This document shows, one piece after another, positions 19,784 through 29,297 of a stretch of DNA of 64,000 nt. Below the pieces are notes generated by a model. It was not told the origin of the DNA. It saw nothing but the letters and a program-made list of their open reading frames with translations, and searched no databases. A program made the position numbers and the translations under genes. Location of the stretch: assembly GCA_964291285.2 (NCBI GenBank), contig OZ219787.1:736001-800000 (forward strand), written 5' to 3'. Position 1 is the first letter of the stretch; the number at the start of each line of letters is the position of its first letter. Source of the stretch: Alphaproteobacteria bacterium. GTDB lineage: Bacteria; Pseudomonadota; Alphaproteobacteria; Bin95.

Positions 19784-22700
19784 TCCCCCTTTGCCCCCTC
19801 CTCCCCCATCAGAGACCAGAAAAGCGGGTTCCTCCCGAATCCAATGACACCGGGCTGCAAAAGCGCCCGGCGCCGCCATTGACCGATCGGGACCCTGCTT
19901 ATGAACGAACTCCCCGCCGCCGTCTCCGGCAGCCCCATCCTCCCCCTCTCGCGCTCCAACGCCAGCCGGACCGGCAACCGCGCCGCCGCCATCTTCGCCG
20001 CGGCCCAGATGCTGCTGCCCATCCTGTCCGCCGGCAGGCCCCTCAGCCCGCCTACGCTCCGCAAAACCATGAGACAGGTCTTCGGGCACCATTCCGGGAG
20101 CTGGCTCTGGAAAGAGGCCTATGAAGCCTCGGAAGCCGCCACCGTCCTCTTCCTGCAGCACTTCGGGCCCGCGCTGGTCAACCACGCCGCCGAAGACGGG
20201 CCGGCCCGCATCCTGGCCATGCTCGAACGCATCTCCGCCCTCGAGCCCTCCCACACAAAGCGGTCCGAGCACCAGGTCCAGCTGCAGCAGTTCTCCACCC
20301 CGCTTCCCCTTGCCTATGTCGCAGCCGCCGCCCTCGATCTTCAGCGCAGCGACATCATCCTGGAGCCCTCCGCCGGCACCGGCATCCTCGCCGCCGCCTG
20401 CCAGCTCCTGACCGGAGACACCCGGCCCGTCCTTCACCTCAACGAGATCGCCGAGACCAGGCACGCCCTACTCGGCAGCCTCTTTCCGGGCGCCTCCATC
20501 ACATCCCACGACGCCGAATCCCTCGCCGACCACATGCCCGGTCTCCATCCTACCGCAATCGCCATGAACCCTCCGTTCTCGGCAACCATCGACGTCGGCC
20601 GCACCAGCCGCCGGGCCGACCTCCGCCACCTCCGCGCCGCCTACGCCATGCTCGCCCCGGGCGGCCGTCTTTCCGCGATCACGTCACCGAACTGCATCCC
20701 GGGCTCCGACGCATGGAACGTCGCCTTCGCCGGACATACGCCGCCCCCGCGCATCCTCTTCACCTCCCTGATCGACGGCCGCCTCTATGCGCGCCGGGGA
20801 ACCACCGTCGACACCCGTCTCACCGTCATCGAGCGATCCGACAAGGCCGCGTTCCGGCTCGATCCTTCCACCCGCGCCTCATCCGCCGCCGAGCTGCTTG
20901 AAGGTCTCGGCCGCAGCCTGCCTCCCCGCCAGCAACCTCCCGCCGCAGGACCGTTCGCCGCTTCGGGGCCTGCCACCGACCTTTTCGGGCAACCCATTGC
21001 CCCTGCTTCCGGCAGACGCGCCCACCTCAGCACGATGCCGCACGAGTGGGGTCCGACCGCGCCACTCACGGTCGAACCCACCGCCGCCAACGACTCCGAC
21101 CCCGCTCCTTCGGCCGGCGCCGGCGCCTACCATCCCTGGCGACCGTCTTCCTTCCGTATATCCGGCGCCGCCGAACACCCGACACCGCTGGTCCAGTCCG
21201 CCGCCATGGCCGCCGTGCGCCATCCCTGTCCCGACTACCGCCCCGAGCTCCCGACCCGCGCGCTCGCCGACGCCCTGCTCTCCGACGCCCAGCTCGAGTC
21301 CATCGTGCTGGCCGGCGCCGCCCACGCCCGCCACCTCCCCGCGCGCTACGGGATCGGCGAAGGCTGGGAAACCATCCACCGCGTCAGCGATTATGAGGAC
21401 GAAGACGACAGCCCCGTCGTGCCTGCAAACTCCAACGAGCCACTTTCAATGCCGGTCCATCTCCGCCGCGGATGGATGCTCGGAGACGGAACGGGGGTAG
21501 GGAAGGGCCGCGAGGTCGCCGCCGTCATCCTCGACAACTGGCTCAAGGGCCGCCGCAAGGCTCTCTGGCTCTCCCAGTCCGACAAGCTCGTCGAGGACGC
21601 CAGGCGCGACTGGGCCTCGGTCGGAGGCGCCGAACACCAGGTCGTGCCGATCTCGAAGTTCCGCCAGGACGCGAAGATCGGCCTCCCCGAAGGCATCCTT
21701 TTCGCCACCTACGCCACGCTCCGCTCACCCGCGCGCGAAGGCAAGCCCTCGCGCCTCGACCAGATCGTCGAATGGCTTGCCGGCTCCCTGCAGGAACACC
21801 GCCGCCACGAATACGAGGGCGTCATCGTCTTCGACGAGGCCCACGCCATGGCCAATGCCGCCGGCACCAAAACCGAGTACCGCGAGACGAAAGGCTCCCT
21901 TCAGGGCCGCGCTGGCCTCCGTCTCCAGAACGCACTTCCGGACGCCCGCATCCTCTACGTCTCCGCTACCGGAGCGTCCACGATTCCGGGCCTCGCCTAC
22001 GCAACCAGGCTCGGCCTCTGGTCCACGGACGACTACCCCTTCAACCGGCGCACCGACTTCGTTGCCGCCATGGAGGCCGGAGGCGTCGCCGCCATGGAAA
22101 TCGTCGCCCGCGACCTGAAGGCCCTCGGCCTCTACCAGGCCCGCGCACTGTCCTACCAGGGCGTCGAGGTCGACATCCTTGAACATCCCCTCACCCCGTC
22201 GCAGCGGCGCATCTACGACAGCTACGCCGAAGCCTTCAAGGTCATCCACTCCAATATCGACAAGGCGCTGGAAGCCACCGGCATCGTCAAGGACAAGGAC
22301 ACCCTCAACAAGCGCGCCAAGGCCGCCGCGCTGTCCGCCTTCGAGGGCGCCAAGCAGCGCTTCTTCGGCCACCTGCTGACGAGCATGAAATGCCCCACCC
22401 TCATCCGCTCGATCCAGGAGGACCTCGACGCCGGGCATTCGGCTGTCGTCCAGCTCGTCTCCACCGGCGAAGCCCTGATGGACCGCCGCATCGCCGAGAT
22501 CCCCGCCTCCGAATGGGACGACCTCTCCATCGACCTCACCCCGCGGGAGACCGTGATCGAGTTCCTGGCCCACTCCTTCCCTGTCCAGCTGCAGCAGGAG
22601 TTCACCGACGACAACGGCAACCTCTACTCCCGGCCCGTCTTCGACGAACAGGGACACGCCGTCCTCTGCCAGGAAGCGATCGCGCGCCGCGAAGCCCTCA

Positions 22701-23015
22701 TCGGCAAACTCGCCGCCCTGCCGCCCGTCGCCTCAGCCCTCGACCAGATCATCCAGCATTTCGGTCACGAGGCCGTCGCCGAAATCACCGGCAGGTCGCG
22801 CCGCGTCCTGCGCATCAGCGACGCCAAAGGAGAACGCCTGGCGCTCCGCAACCGCCCGGCGTCGGCCAATCTCGCCGAGACCTCCGCCTTCATGCAGGGC
22901 GACAAGCGCATCCTCGTCTTCTCCATGGCCGGAGGCACGGGCCGCAGCTACCACGTGTTAGCGACGGTTACAGAGCGCGCCTATTCGCTGACATTTTTCG
23001 GCCGGTTGCGGTTTT

Positions 23016-23888
23016 TCAGTTGATCTGTTGGTCATCGGTTTCGATTGGTTCGCCGGCTCGGTCGCGGATGAGCATGTCGTTCCAGTCCCGGTTGTCGAGT
23101 GCGGGTCGCAGCCGGACGATTCTGGTGTCGTTGCGGGCGAGGCGCCTTGCGGCGTGATCGCCGTTTGTGGTGGCGTCGTATGCACAGAAGATGAGGCGCG
23201 GGTTCCATGCCTCGATCCATTTGGGGACTTTGGTGGCGACGGCGCCGGTGGAGACGGTGGCGCATTCGGTGCGTTTTACCGGGCCGAGGTGGAGGGAGAG
23301 GATGGAGAGTGCGTCGAGGGCGTTGCCGGCCAGGATGACGGCGTGTGGCCATTCGGTCTCCCAGGACATCCAGAAGCCGCCGCCCGCGGTCGTTTTGCGG
23401 TCAGCGGTGACGGTTTCGATGCCGGTAGCCTCGCCGGCGGCGTTTCGGCGGACGAACACGGGGTTGCCGTGAGGGTCGGCATGGACCAGGCCGAGGTCGC
23501 GGCACAGGGTGACGAGCGCGTCCGCGAGGCCGCGCCGCTCGACGAGGTATCGCCGGAGGTTGGGCCAGCGGGGGTCCTTGGCCGGCGCCTGCCGGCGGCC
23601 GCCTGGGGGCATTGAGAGGTCGGACAGTTCGGCGAGGAAGTCGATGGCGTCCGGCGGGGTGCATCCGAGCGCATGGACCGCCAGTTCGATAGCCCCGGCT
23701 CCCTCCTCTGCGCGCAGATGGTCGTAGAACATGAAGCGGTTGATGGAGAGGACCGATCCTGGCCGTCTCCAGCGCACGGCATTGTCGGGATCGCTGCGGT
23801 AGCCGAGGGCTCGGGCGACGGGTTCGAGGGGATAGCCCCGCAGGCTCTCGGCCCGCACCCGCCGCTCGCGGGGGCGGGAGGGATGCAT
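23016..23888 (-). CDS. DUF3991/Toprim primase-like passenger protein
   Basis: GAGAIEL, YL..RRGL, VF.RR...G..TG.E, NALDALS, CAYD...NGD, DWND; starts 2 nt after the istB stop. Confidence 0.7.
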   Translation of the reverse strand: MHPSRPRERRVRAESLRGYPLEPVARALGYRSDPDNAVRWRRPGSVLSINRFMFYDHLRAEEGAGAIELAVHALGCTPPDAIDFLAELSDLSMPPGGRRQAPAKDPRWPNLRRYLVERRGLADALVTLCRDLGLVHADPHGNPVFVRRNAAGEATGIETVTADRKTTAGGGFWMSWETEWPHAVILAGNALDALSILSLHLGPVKRTECATVSTGAVATKVPKWIEAWNPRLIFCAYDATTNGDHAARRLARNDTRIVRLRPALDNRDWNDMLIRDRAGEPIETDDQQIN

Positions 23889-23890
23889 GG

Positions 23891-24685
23891 CTATGGCGAC
23901 GGGACCGGGTTCGCCTTTCCAGTGCTTTGCCCGGCTTTCGGTCCGCGCCGGCGGCGGCGTTCGGCGCTGCGCTGCTTCTGACGTTCCTCGGCTTCCTTGC
24001 GGCGCCAGGAGTCGCCGTCGATGGCGACGATCTCGGCGTTGTGGACGAGCCGGTCGACGAGGGCGACCAGGCAGGCGGCGTTTGGGAAGGCCTCGCTCCA
24101 CTCGGCGAAGGGGCGGTTCGTGGTGATTATGGTTGAGTTCTGCTGGCTGCGGCTTGAGACGATGTTGAACAGCAGGTCGGCGTGGCGGTTGGAGTAGGAG
24201 AGATATCCGACTTCGTCGATGACCAGCAGGTGCTGTCGGGCGTAGAAGCGCAGCCTGCGCTGGAGCAGGGTGTCGGAGTCGATGGCGGCGAGTTCGCCGA
24301 GCAGGCTGGCGGCGGTTGCGAAGCGCACGATGTGGCCTTCGAGGACGGCGCGGTGGGCGATATTGGCGGCGATGGTGGACTTTCCGACGCCGTTGGGTCC
24401 GACCAGTACGAGGTTTGCGGCCTCCTTGAGGAAGTCGAGGGTCATGAGGTCCTCGACGGCCATGCGGTCGCAGCGCCTTGGCCAGTCCCAGTCGAAGTCT
24501 GCGAGCGGCTTGAACTGTCCGAGGCGGGCGTCGGCGAGGCGGCGTTTGAGGCTTCGGGCGCGCTTCTCATCTTCTTCCCACGCGATCAGGGAGGCGAGCC
24601 AGTCGCGCTCCGCGACTTCGCCCCAATGGGCGAGGAGGCCGTGCAGGCCCAGCGCGCGGGCGCGGTTCATGAGGGTGTCGGTCAT
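23891..24685 (-). CDS. istB: IS21 helper ATPase IstB
   Basis: GPNGVGKS Walker A, LLVIDEVGY, TTN.PF.EW, DRLVH, G.SWR. Confidence 0.95.
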   Translation of the reverse strand: MTDTLMNRARALGLHGLLAHWGEVAERDWLASLIAWEEDEKRARSLKRRLADARLGQFKPLADFDWDWPRRCDRMAVEDLMTLDFLKEAANLVLVGPNGVGKSTIAANIAHRAVLEGHIVRFATAASLLGELAAIDSDTLLQRRLRFYARQHLLVIDEVGYLSYSNRHADLLFNIVSSRSQQNSTIITTNRPFAEWSEAFPNAACLVALVDRLVHNAEIVAIDGDSWRRKEAEERQKQRSAERRRRRGPKAGQSTGKANPVPSP

Positions 24686-26187
24686 TCTTCGCTGTCCTTT
24701 TCATGGTAGCCGGCCAGCCCGTCGTATCCGCCGAGATCGTGATCGCGCACGGCGATGTCGCGCACGCGCGGGTCCCTGGGCAGGTCGATGGGGATCGGCG
24801 GCGGCCTGTCCTGCAGTTCGCGCCGCCGTGTGAGGCTGAGGCGCACGGCATTGGGATGGGGGACGCCGCGTTCGAGGGCCTCGTCGATGGCGGCTTCGAG
24901 CTCGGCGGCGCCGTATTGGTCGAGCAGGCGCAGCAGGGCGGCGACGGTGGCGCCGATATAAGCGCCGCGGGGGGCGGCCTCGGCGATCAGGCGCTCGCTG
25001 TTGGGCGCGGCCTGGAGCAGCCGGCTCTGCCCGCGCAGGCTGCGGGCGTGACGCTTGCGCCTGACCAGCTCCTCAATGTGTTCGGGGTTCTCGATGCGGG
25101 CCGCCTTGTCGAAGCTGCGCGGATGGCGGGCGATGACCTCCATGCCGTCGAGGATGCGCACCTCTTCCAGCGTCGCGGCCACGGTGAGGGTGCGCCGGAC
25201 ATGGGTATGCGGGACGCTGTAGTCATTGAGGTCGAACCTGGCATAGGGGGTCTTGGCGATCCTGACCTCGACCCTCTCGTCGACGGGGGGACGGTCGTCG
25301 GGCAGCGCCATCAGGGAGCCGCGCTCGCGCTCGAAGGCCTCGCTCACGGTGAGGGAGCGGTCGTCCGGCCAGGGGCGGTCGGCGGCGACGCCCTCGCACC
25401 ACTCCCGGGCCTGGGCGTTGAGATCGTCGAGGTCACGCCAGGCGCGGGCGGCGAAGAAGCTGTCGCGCACATAGCGTATGGCCCGCTCGACGCGGCCCTT
25501 CTCGTTGCCTCGGGCGACCGCGACCGGCTTCGGCAGGAAGCGGTAGGCGCCTGCGAAGTCGAGAAGCCGGGGATTGAAGCGGATGGCGTCGCCGCGCCGC
25601 TCCAGCACGACGCTCTTCAGATTGTCGTACCAGAGCTCGCGGGGCACGCCCTGCCAAGCCTCGAAGGCCTCGACATGGCCGCGCAGGAAGTTGTCCATCC
25701 CGGCGTTGAGGTAGAAGCGCAGGAAGAGGCGGCGCGAGTGGCCGAGCACCATCACGAAGGCCATCAGCGGGCGCTCCGCACGCCCGATCCTCACCTTGCC
25801 GAAGTGGGCCCAGTCGACCTGGGCCTGCTCGCCGGGCAGGGCCTTGAGGCGCAGATAGGCCTCGGCCACCGGCCGCGGACGCTCGGGCGCGATCATGCGC
25901 CGGAAGTGGCTCTCGCACCCCCGGTAACCGCGCTCGACCGCCATCCGGTAGAGCCGGCTGGAGGGCAACTTCGGCCAGACCGCCAGGGTCTGGCGGACGA
26001 AGGGCAGGAACGGATCGATCATCGAAGATCTGCGCCGCTTCTCAGGCGTGGGCGCCCCGGCGGCCGCCACCGCGCGCTCGACCGTGCCGTGGTGGACGCC
26101 GAGCTGGCGCGCGATCGTGCCGATCCGCCACTTCTCGGCAAAATACAGCCGCAGGATCTCGGCCCGGGTCTGCTGGTCGATCGCCAT
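24682..26187 (-). CDS. istA: IS21 transposase IstA
   Basis: PGEQAQVDWA, YDNLK, KGRVERAIRY. Confidence 0.95.
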   Translation of the reverse strand: MAIDQQTRAEILRLYFAEKWRIGTIARQLGVHHGTVERAVAAAGAPTPEKRRRSSMIDPFLPFVRQTLAVWPKLPSSRLYRMAVERGYRGCESHFRRMIAPERPRPVAEAYLRLKALPGEQAQVDWAHFGKVRIGRAERPLMAFVMVLGHSRRLFLRFYLNAGMDNFLRGHVEAFEAWQGVPRELWYDNLKSVVLERRGDAIRFNPRLLDFAGAYRFLPKPVAVARGNEKGRVERAIRYVRDSFFAARAWRDLDDLNAQAREWCEGVAADRPWPDDRSLTVSEAFERERGSLMALPDDRPPVDERVEVRIAKTPYARFDLNDYSVPHTHVRRTLTVAATLEEVRILDGMEVIARHPRSFDKAARIENPEHIEELVRRKRHARSLRGQSRLLQAAPNSERLIAEAAPRGAYIGATVAALLRLLDQYGAAELEAAIDEALERGVPHPNAVRLSLTRRRELQDRPPPIPIDLPRDPRVRDIAVRDHDLGGYDGLAGYHEKDSEE

Positions 26188-26188
26188 C

Positions 26189-26623
26189 TCACTCCCTTCG
26201 CGCCGGGCGCAGGCCCGGATAGACCGCCCGGGCGCAGAACCGCCCGCAGTGATCGCAGCGGAACACTCCGGCGGGACGGTCGGGTCCGAAGGGCCTCCTT
26301 CCCGAGCGCCCCGCCGGCATGCCCGCCACAACAGGACGGCGCGGTGAACGGGTCAAAGGGTGATGCGTCACTTTCTGCGCACGGCGCCCCTCCTCAGGCG
26401 CACGGACGCGACGGCGCTCGCGGTAGCGCCGCTGGCGTTCGGCATGCTTGTGACGGCCCCGCCGGCTGTTCTGGTAGCGACGCCCGGCAAGGCGCAGCGA
26501 GCGCCGCCGCGCCCGGCCGCTGCACGGACGCGAGCAGTAGATGTTGCCGTGGTCGCACCGCCGGCACAGCACAACCTGGCGATGGCACGAAGCGCAGGTG
26601 AACAGGCGGGCGGCGTTCCTCAT
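26189..26623 (-). CDS. Cys-rich basic protein upstream of istA
   Basis: CASC...CRRCDHG..YCS..C, HAERQRRYR; coupled to istA. Confidence 0.7.
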   Translation of the reverse strand: MRNAARLFTCASCHRQVVLCRRCDHGNIYCSRPCSGRARRRSLRLAGRRYQNSRRGRHKHAERQRRYRERRRVRAPEEGRRAQKVTHHPLTRSPRRPVVAGMPAGRSGRRPFGPDRPAGVFRCDHCGRFCARAVYPGLRPARRE

Positions 26624-28481
26624 CGCAAAGACCGATGAGAACGGGGTGGACCCACGCCCGAACGCCTACGATACTGCGCATACGGGCCGTGCCTTGCATG
26701 GCTCGGGGGGTGCGGCGCCGGTCGTTGCCACCTAGCAAACGGGGCCGGCGCCGCATCGTTCTCAGCAGCCCCAGTCTACCCCCTCGCGCAGCCCGGCGAC
26801 CCCCGCCGACAGCGCCAGGACACCCTCCCCTCGGCAGGCGAAAATATCAACGCGACGGGGGCCGGCGACTCCAGTCGGGCTACGCCCTCCTTCCGTCCCA
26901 GGCCCCCGTCACAAACACCGCCGCACCACAATCACTGCGATCATCACGCCCCGCAAAAACGCGCAACGCCAGCAAATAAGCGCCTTTTACGACCGTCACC
27001 TACACCACGCCGATCTCGGCTCGCCCAATACCGAACGGCGCATCCACTACCTGCTGGAGCCCGGCTGGCGCGCCGACCAGGCGATCCAGGGCCTCGGGCG
27101 CACCCACCGCACCCACCAGGCCTCCGCCCCGCTGTTCCGGCCCGTCACCACCGACGTCAAGGGCGAGCGCAGGTTCATCGCCACCATCGCGCGACGCCTC
27201 GACTCCCTCGGCGCCATCACACGCGGCCAGCGCAACTCCCAGACCTCCATGGGCACCGAAAGCCAGACCCTCTTCCACGAGAGCGACAACCTGGAGAGCC
27301 CCTACGCCAAGGCCGCGCTTCGCCTCCTCTACGGCGCAATCCATCGCGGCATCATCCGGGAATGGTCCGTCAAGCGCTTCCAGGAAGCGACCGGCCTCAA
27401 GATCGAGCATGAGGGCAATCTCAAGGAAGACCTGCCGCCCATGCCCAGGTTCTTGAACCGCCTGCTCGCGCTGCCGATCGACGAGCAGAACCAGCTCTTC
27501 ACCGAACTGGAAACCCGCATCGACGAAAATATCGACCGCGCCAGGGAAGCCGGCACCTACGAAGTCGGCGTCGAGACCATCATCGCGGACTCGCTTGCGA
27601 TCAAGGCCCGCGAGACCCTGTTCGAGCATCCCCGTTCCTCAGCCGTCACCGAGCTCGTCGAGATCGCCCGCCGCGACCGTCTCGTCCCGCTTCCCTCAGA
27701 CGATGCGATCGACATCGCCAGCCGATACGGCGACAACGACGGCCAACCCTTCCTCGTCATCAACTCCAGGTCCCGACGCGCTGCCTTCGTCCTCCCGGCG
27801 CCGTCACGCCTCTTCGACGACGGCGGCGTGCAACGGCGCGTGCGCCTGGTAAGGCCGGCAAGCCACGAAACCATCCCCTACGCCGACCTCCAGGCCTCCA
27901 ACTGGTCCCTCGCCAATGAGGCGCCCTGGCGTATCCACTGGGAACGTGAAATCGCCGGCCTCCCGAGCCACAGGGACTCACGCTTCTGGATCACCTCCGG
28001 CTTGCTTCTGCCCATCTGGAACCGGCTCCCCGACGACAATATGCGCGTCCGCCGGCTCACCGCCGACGACGGCGAACAGCTTATCGGCCGGGTCCTCGAC
28101 GCCGACCAGGTGCGCAAGGTCAGGAAAGCCTTCAATCTCGAAGGAGCCACGGAGCTCACGGGCGAGGAGGCCTACGACGCCATCCTGAACCGGGGGTCCG
28201 CACTGCCGCTGTCCAACGGATGGCGCCTCTCGCGCCGCTCCATCTCCGGCGAGGACCGCATCGAGCTCGAAGGCCCCGACGACACCGACACCGAAGCGCT
28301 CCGCCAGCTCGGCTGCACCGTCGAGCTCATCACATGGCGGGCGCGCATCTTCGTCCCGGCGCCGCACGTGCTGGAACGCATCTTCACCCGCTGGCCCCTC
28401 TCGGCCTAGCGATACCGGAACCGCAAACCCCGAAAGGACCCCGACCCTTCATCCAACCCTGAACCGAAAAGCGCCCGCGCC

Positions 28482-28736
28482 ATGACTCTGCAATCGATCG
28501 GGGCCAACCCCACCTATGCCTTCTGCCCGGCCTACGACTTCGCCGACGAGCCGCAGGAAATCCGCATCGTCTTCCTCGGACACCCCGGCTACATCTCTAC
28601 CAGCCTCACCACCACCAACCTCGAGGAAGCCGAAACCCTCTGCGACAAGCTCAACGCCAAGCTCGGCATATCCCGCGATATCTGGACCGCCCTCATGACA
28701 GCCTCCATGGAAGGCCAACCCCTGCTCTTCAACTGA
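28482..28736 (+). CDS. Hypothetical protein
   Basis: Compact ORF with GY...CDKLN.KLG, element-like codon usage. Confidence 0.65.
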   Translation: MTLQSIGANPTYAFCPAYDFADEPQEIRIVFLGHPGYISTSLTTTNLEEAETLCDKLNAKLGISRDIWTALMTASMEGQPLLFN

Positions 28737-28755
28737 ACGCCCCTACCCCCAACCG

Positions 28756-28796
28756 AAAAGCCCCGCCGCCTTCTTCAGGCCGCGGGGCTTCTTTTG
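28756..28796. terminator. Bidirectional intrinsic terminator
   Basis: AAAAGCCCCGC...GCGGGGCTTCTTTT between convergent genes. Confidence 0.65.
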
Positions 28797-28834
28797 CTGC
28801 GCCAACAGGGCATCGGCGCCGGCTCCTCTCGCGT

Positions 28835-29155
28835 CTATTCCCCTCTGCGCTCCCAGACCAGACCCGTTTCCCCATAGTAGCGCTCCGCCGCCCTGTCGCG
28901 CGCATCCCTCAACGCCCCCACCCTCTCTACAGAAGCCTGCTCGCCCTCCGCCTCCACCACCCGTTCGTCCAACATGGACACGAGGTCATGCAGCACCGGC
29001 CCCCGGTCCGGTTTCGCCACATCGCCTCCAGCCTCTTCCATGATCTTCAGCGTCGCATCGATCATCTTGTCCACCGCTTCCTGCACATTTGCCCCAGTTT
29101 GATCCGACCCCAAACTATTGCCATTATCCTGTCCGTTCCGAATTTCCTCGACCAT
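28835..29155 (-). CDS. Stand-alone helical domain homologous to the N-terminus of the 29298 protein
   Basis: SD GGGGAG before ATG 29155; DRG..L...V..L and Y...TGL.W..R motifs shared with the neighbour. Confidence 0.7.
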   Translation of the reverse strand: MVEEIRNGQDNGNSLGSDQTGANVQEAVDKMIDATLKIMEEAGGDVAKPDRGPVLHDLVSMLDERVVEAEGEQASVERVGALRDARDRAAERYYGETGLVWERRGE

Positions 29156-29235
29156 CGCGCTTCTCCCCGTATCAAAGTCGGTACAATCACTATTCTCCAA
29201 ATATAATTATTCAGTCAACACAATTCGTTCGATTC

Positions 29236-29277
29236 TTGACAGGTTCCATCTACTCGATTCCTATAGTTAATAGGAAT
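29236..29277 (+). promoter_or_regulatory. Candidate promoter with overlapping operator palindrome
   Basis: TTGACA (29236) - 20 nt - TATAGT (29262); IR ATTCCTAT-N5-ATAGGAAT at 29257-29277 in an AT-rich divergent spacer. Confidence 0.5.
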
Positions 29278-29297
29278 GGCGCCGAGGAAATCGAACT

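Larger units (their letters stand above)
22956..27004 (-). mobile_element. IS21-family element with passenger genes (4049 bp)
   Basis: TG...CA ends with imperfect IR (TGTTAGCGACGGT / TGTAGGTGACGGT); 5-bp TSD CCACG at 22951-22955 and 27005-27009. Confidence 0.9.
19901..28409 (+). pseudogene. Strawberry-notch methylase/helicase (MTase + SF2 helicase) split by IS21
   Basis: QFSTP, LEPSAGTG, MNPPF, GDGTGVGKGR, DEAH; removing the IS and one CCACG restores GRSYH|ADLG...LLEPGWRADQAIQGLGRTHR. Confidence 0.9.

Noticed and set aside
23016-24101. Programmed frameshift fusion of istB with the downstream ORF
   Set aside because: A separate ATG lies 2 nt after the istB stop, the upstream extension is low-complexity Arg-rich sequence, and no clear slippery site was seen
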